In this document: positions 62,550 through 64,000 of the stretch, in pieces
How positions within the stretch are numbered: position 1 is the first letter of the stretch
Layout of the letters: every line of letters starts with the position of its first letter
DNA from: a virus
DNA: 64,000 nucleotides
Direction: 5' to 3' (one strand)
Virus record (IMG/VR): IMGVR_UViG_3300037488_001841
Span: 1 to 64,000 of that record
Program-made: the position numbers and the translations under genes
Notes under the pieces: model-generated
Databases searched by the model: none
What the model saw: only the letters and a program-made list of their open reading frames with translations
Told to the model about the DNA's origin: nothing

Positions 62550-63041
62550 ATGAAGTACTTACTTTTTATCTATTATTCGGAAGGAGAAAAAACCGAAGAT
62601 GATATTTACCAAATTGCTGAAGAATTGGCACCCATCGTTGATTCAGACGAGATTAAATATGTGTACGGACCGTCACACGTAGTTTTTAACTTTGTGACCG
62701 AGATGTCTCAAAGTGAATTATCAATGTATGTTGATATTATAACAGAAGATATCGGTTATTTTAAGTATATTTTAATACCAACACCAAAGGTGATTGCATC
62801 AAACATGGAACCAGAGCATCTTAAACATCTTATGGAGGTTAATGGTCAAAATGAAGATAGTGGAGACGTATCACCCAACTTTATTGAGTTTCTAAAGGAG
62901 AGTTTTGGTGGGTCAAATCACAGTGTATGTAATTTAACAATAGATGAGATTTTAGAGAAAATTAAAGATCAGGGAGTACAATCCTTAACAAAAGAAGAAA
63001 AAGAAAAATTAGATAATTATTCACAATCAATCAAAAATTAA
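62550..63041 (+). CDS. Hypothetical protein with DUF6576-like C-terminus
   Basis: IDEILEKIKDQGVQSLTKEEKEKL; TATTTTTG -7 box at 62519. Confidence 0.6.
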   Translation: MKYLLFIYYSEGEKTEDDIYQIAEELAPIVDSDEIKYVYGPSHVVFNFVTEMSQSELSMYVDIITEDIGYFKYILIPTPKVIASNMEPEHLKHLMEVNGQNEDSGDVSPNFIEFLKESFGGSNHSVCNLTIDEILEKIKDQGVQSLTKEEKEKLDNYSQSIKN

Positions 63042-63044
63042 TAA

Positions 63045-63845
63045 ATGAAGGACAAAAACTTAGGAATACCTATTAACCAAGACGAAGTTTACCACTACCT
63101 TAAAGATATCAGAAAAATTAAAGTAATGACTCCCGACAGAGAACGTGAGTTAGCCGTTAAAATGAAATCAAATGAGATTTCAGACAAAGAGAGAAAACAA
63201 ATTGAGGAAGAACTTCTTATAGGTAACTTAAGATTTGTCATTACTGTGGCGAAGCAGTATCAAAACCAAGGTTTAGATTTACAAGATCTAATTGCTGAGG
63301 GTAATTATGGTTTGATGAAAGCAATCAAAAACTTTGATTGGGGGAAGGACCTTAGATTTATATCTTATGCGGTGTGGTGGGTTAAACAATCAATCATTCA
63401 ATCGTTAAATGATAACGCAAGAACAATACGATTACCGGTGAATGTTGTTCAAGATCTTCATAGAGCAAAGAAAGAGTTGGAACAGACAGGTAAGAAGTTG
63501 GAAGACAAATTTTCCACATTACCATCAATCATTGATTTGGACATGAGAATTAATGATGAGGGAGATACTCTTATTGATATGATTGCGAATCAAGATGCTG
63601 AGGCTCCTGATGCTTCTTTTCATACAAAAGATATTCTAAAAGAAAAAATGATGACCTTGTTGGATGTTTTAGATGATCGTGAGAAGTCAATCATTGGGGA
63701 TTACTTTGGGTTAACAGGAACTCCAAGAACTTTAGAGGACATTGGTAGTGATTTTGGCCTCACAAAAGAAAGAGTACGTCAGATTAAAGAAAAGGCGTTA
63801 AGACGATTAAGAAACGATAGTTCGGAACTATTTGATTATTTGTAA
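63045..63845 (+). CDS. RNA polymerase sigma-70 factor, Bacteroidota RpoD-like
   Basis: YLKDI (1.2); NLRFVITVAKQYQNQGL...DLIAEGN.GL.KA; FISYAVWW..QSI (2.3-2.4); TLEDIG..FGLTKERVRQIKEKALRRLR (4.2). Confidence 0.93.
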   Translation: MKDKNLGIPINQDEVYHYLKDIRKIKVMTPDRERELAVKMKSNEISDKERKQIEEELLIGNLRFVITVAKQYQNQGLDLQDLIAEGNYGLMKAIKNFDWGKDLRFISYAVWWVKQSIIQSLNDNARTIRLPVNVVQDLHRAKKELEQTGKKLEDKFSTLPSIIDLDMRINDEGDTLIDMIANQDAEAPDASFHTKDILKEKMMTLLDVLDDREKSIIGDYFGLTGTPRTLEDIGSDFGLTKERVRQIKEKALRRLRNDSSELFDYL

Positions 63846-63848
63846 GAA

Positions 63849-63945
63849 AAGGGTTGAACCGAGATTACCCTTATAACTCGGCGGAATGGGACACGAGGTT
63901 CCCTGGGTGAAATTCCTCAACTATATCTATATGGTATAGTGAAAC
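63849..63945 (+). ncRNA. Putative structured RNA (pseudoknot plus hairpins), family unknown
   Basis: GC-rich intergenic stretch with several complementary pairs (see findings). Confidence 0.45.
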
Positions 63946-63950
63946 TACAT

Positions 63951-63980
63951 CCCCTCACTGGTACCGGTGGGGGGTTTTTT
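63951..63980 (+). terminator. Rho-independent terminator
   Basis: CCCCTCACTG-gtac-CGGTGGGGGG followed by T6. Confidence 0.85.
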
Positions 63981-64000
63981 ATACCCATATAACTGTTTGC

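Noticed and set aside
63901-63950. Hammerhead ribozyme (stem followed by GAAAC)
   Set aside because: No CUGANGA core immediately 5' of the stem
1-64000. Stop-codon reassignment; tRNA genes
   Set aside because: Genes are full-length in the standard code with TAA, TGA and TAG all used as stops; no cloverleaf or T-loop motif noticed in the short intergenic gaps

Overview
This 64-kb window is AT-rich, almost entirely + strand, and translates cleanly in the standard code. It comes from a large contractile-tailed (myovirus-type, T4-like gene repertoire) phage. The host is probably a Bacteroidota bacterium, inferred from a Bacteroidota-type RpoD homolog, TAnnTTTG -7 promoter boxes, A-rich leaders without Shine-Dalgarno sequences and SprB-type repeats. 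Gene order: (1) tail sheath end, HAD hydrolase, tail tube, tail chaperone, tape measure and giant baseplate proteins (1-16.6 kb); (2) gp32 SSB, UvsX, 5'-3' exonuclease, helicase and NrdB/NrdA (17.6-26.1 kb); (3) baseplate wedge genes and SprB/Cys-rich/Thr-Pro mucin-like proteins surrounding a glycosyltransferase (26.2-53.8 kb); (4) RuvC, primase, PD-(D/E)xK nuclease, SbcD/SbcC, a type II-like restriction-modification pair, a sigma-70 factor and a structured non-coding element (51.3-64 kb). The best candidate for a new system is a GT-A glycosyltransferase resembling plant peptidyl-Ser/hydroxyproline O-glycosyltransferases, embedded among four Thr/Pro-repeat putative virion proteins. This suggests phage-encoded O-glycosylation of mucin-like tail appendages. 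Other highlights are a likely +1 programmed frameshift in the tail chaperone, a recurrent TATTTATA late-promoter motif, an OmpA-like domain inserted in a baseplate protein, and a pseudoknotted RNA after the sigma gene. All family assignments are from motif recognition by eye; no database searches were run.
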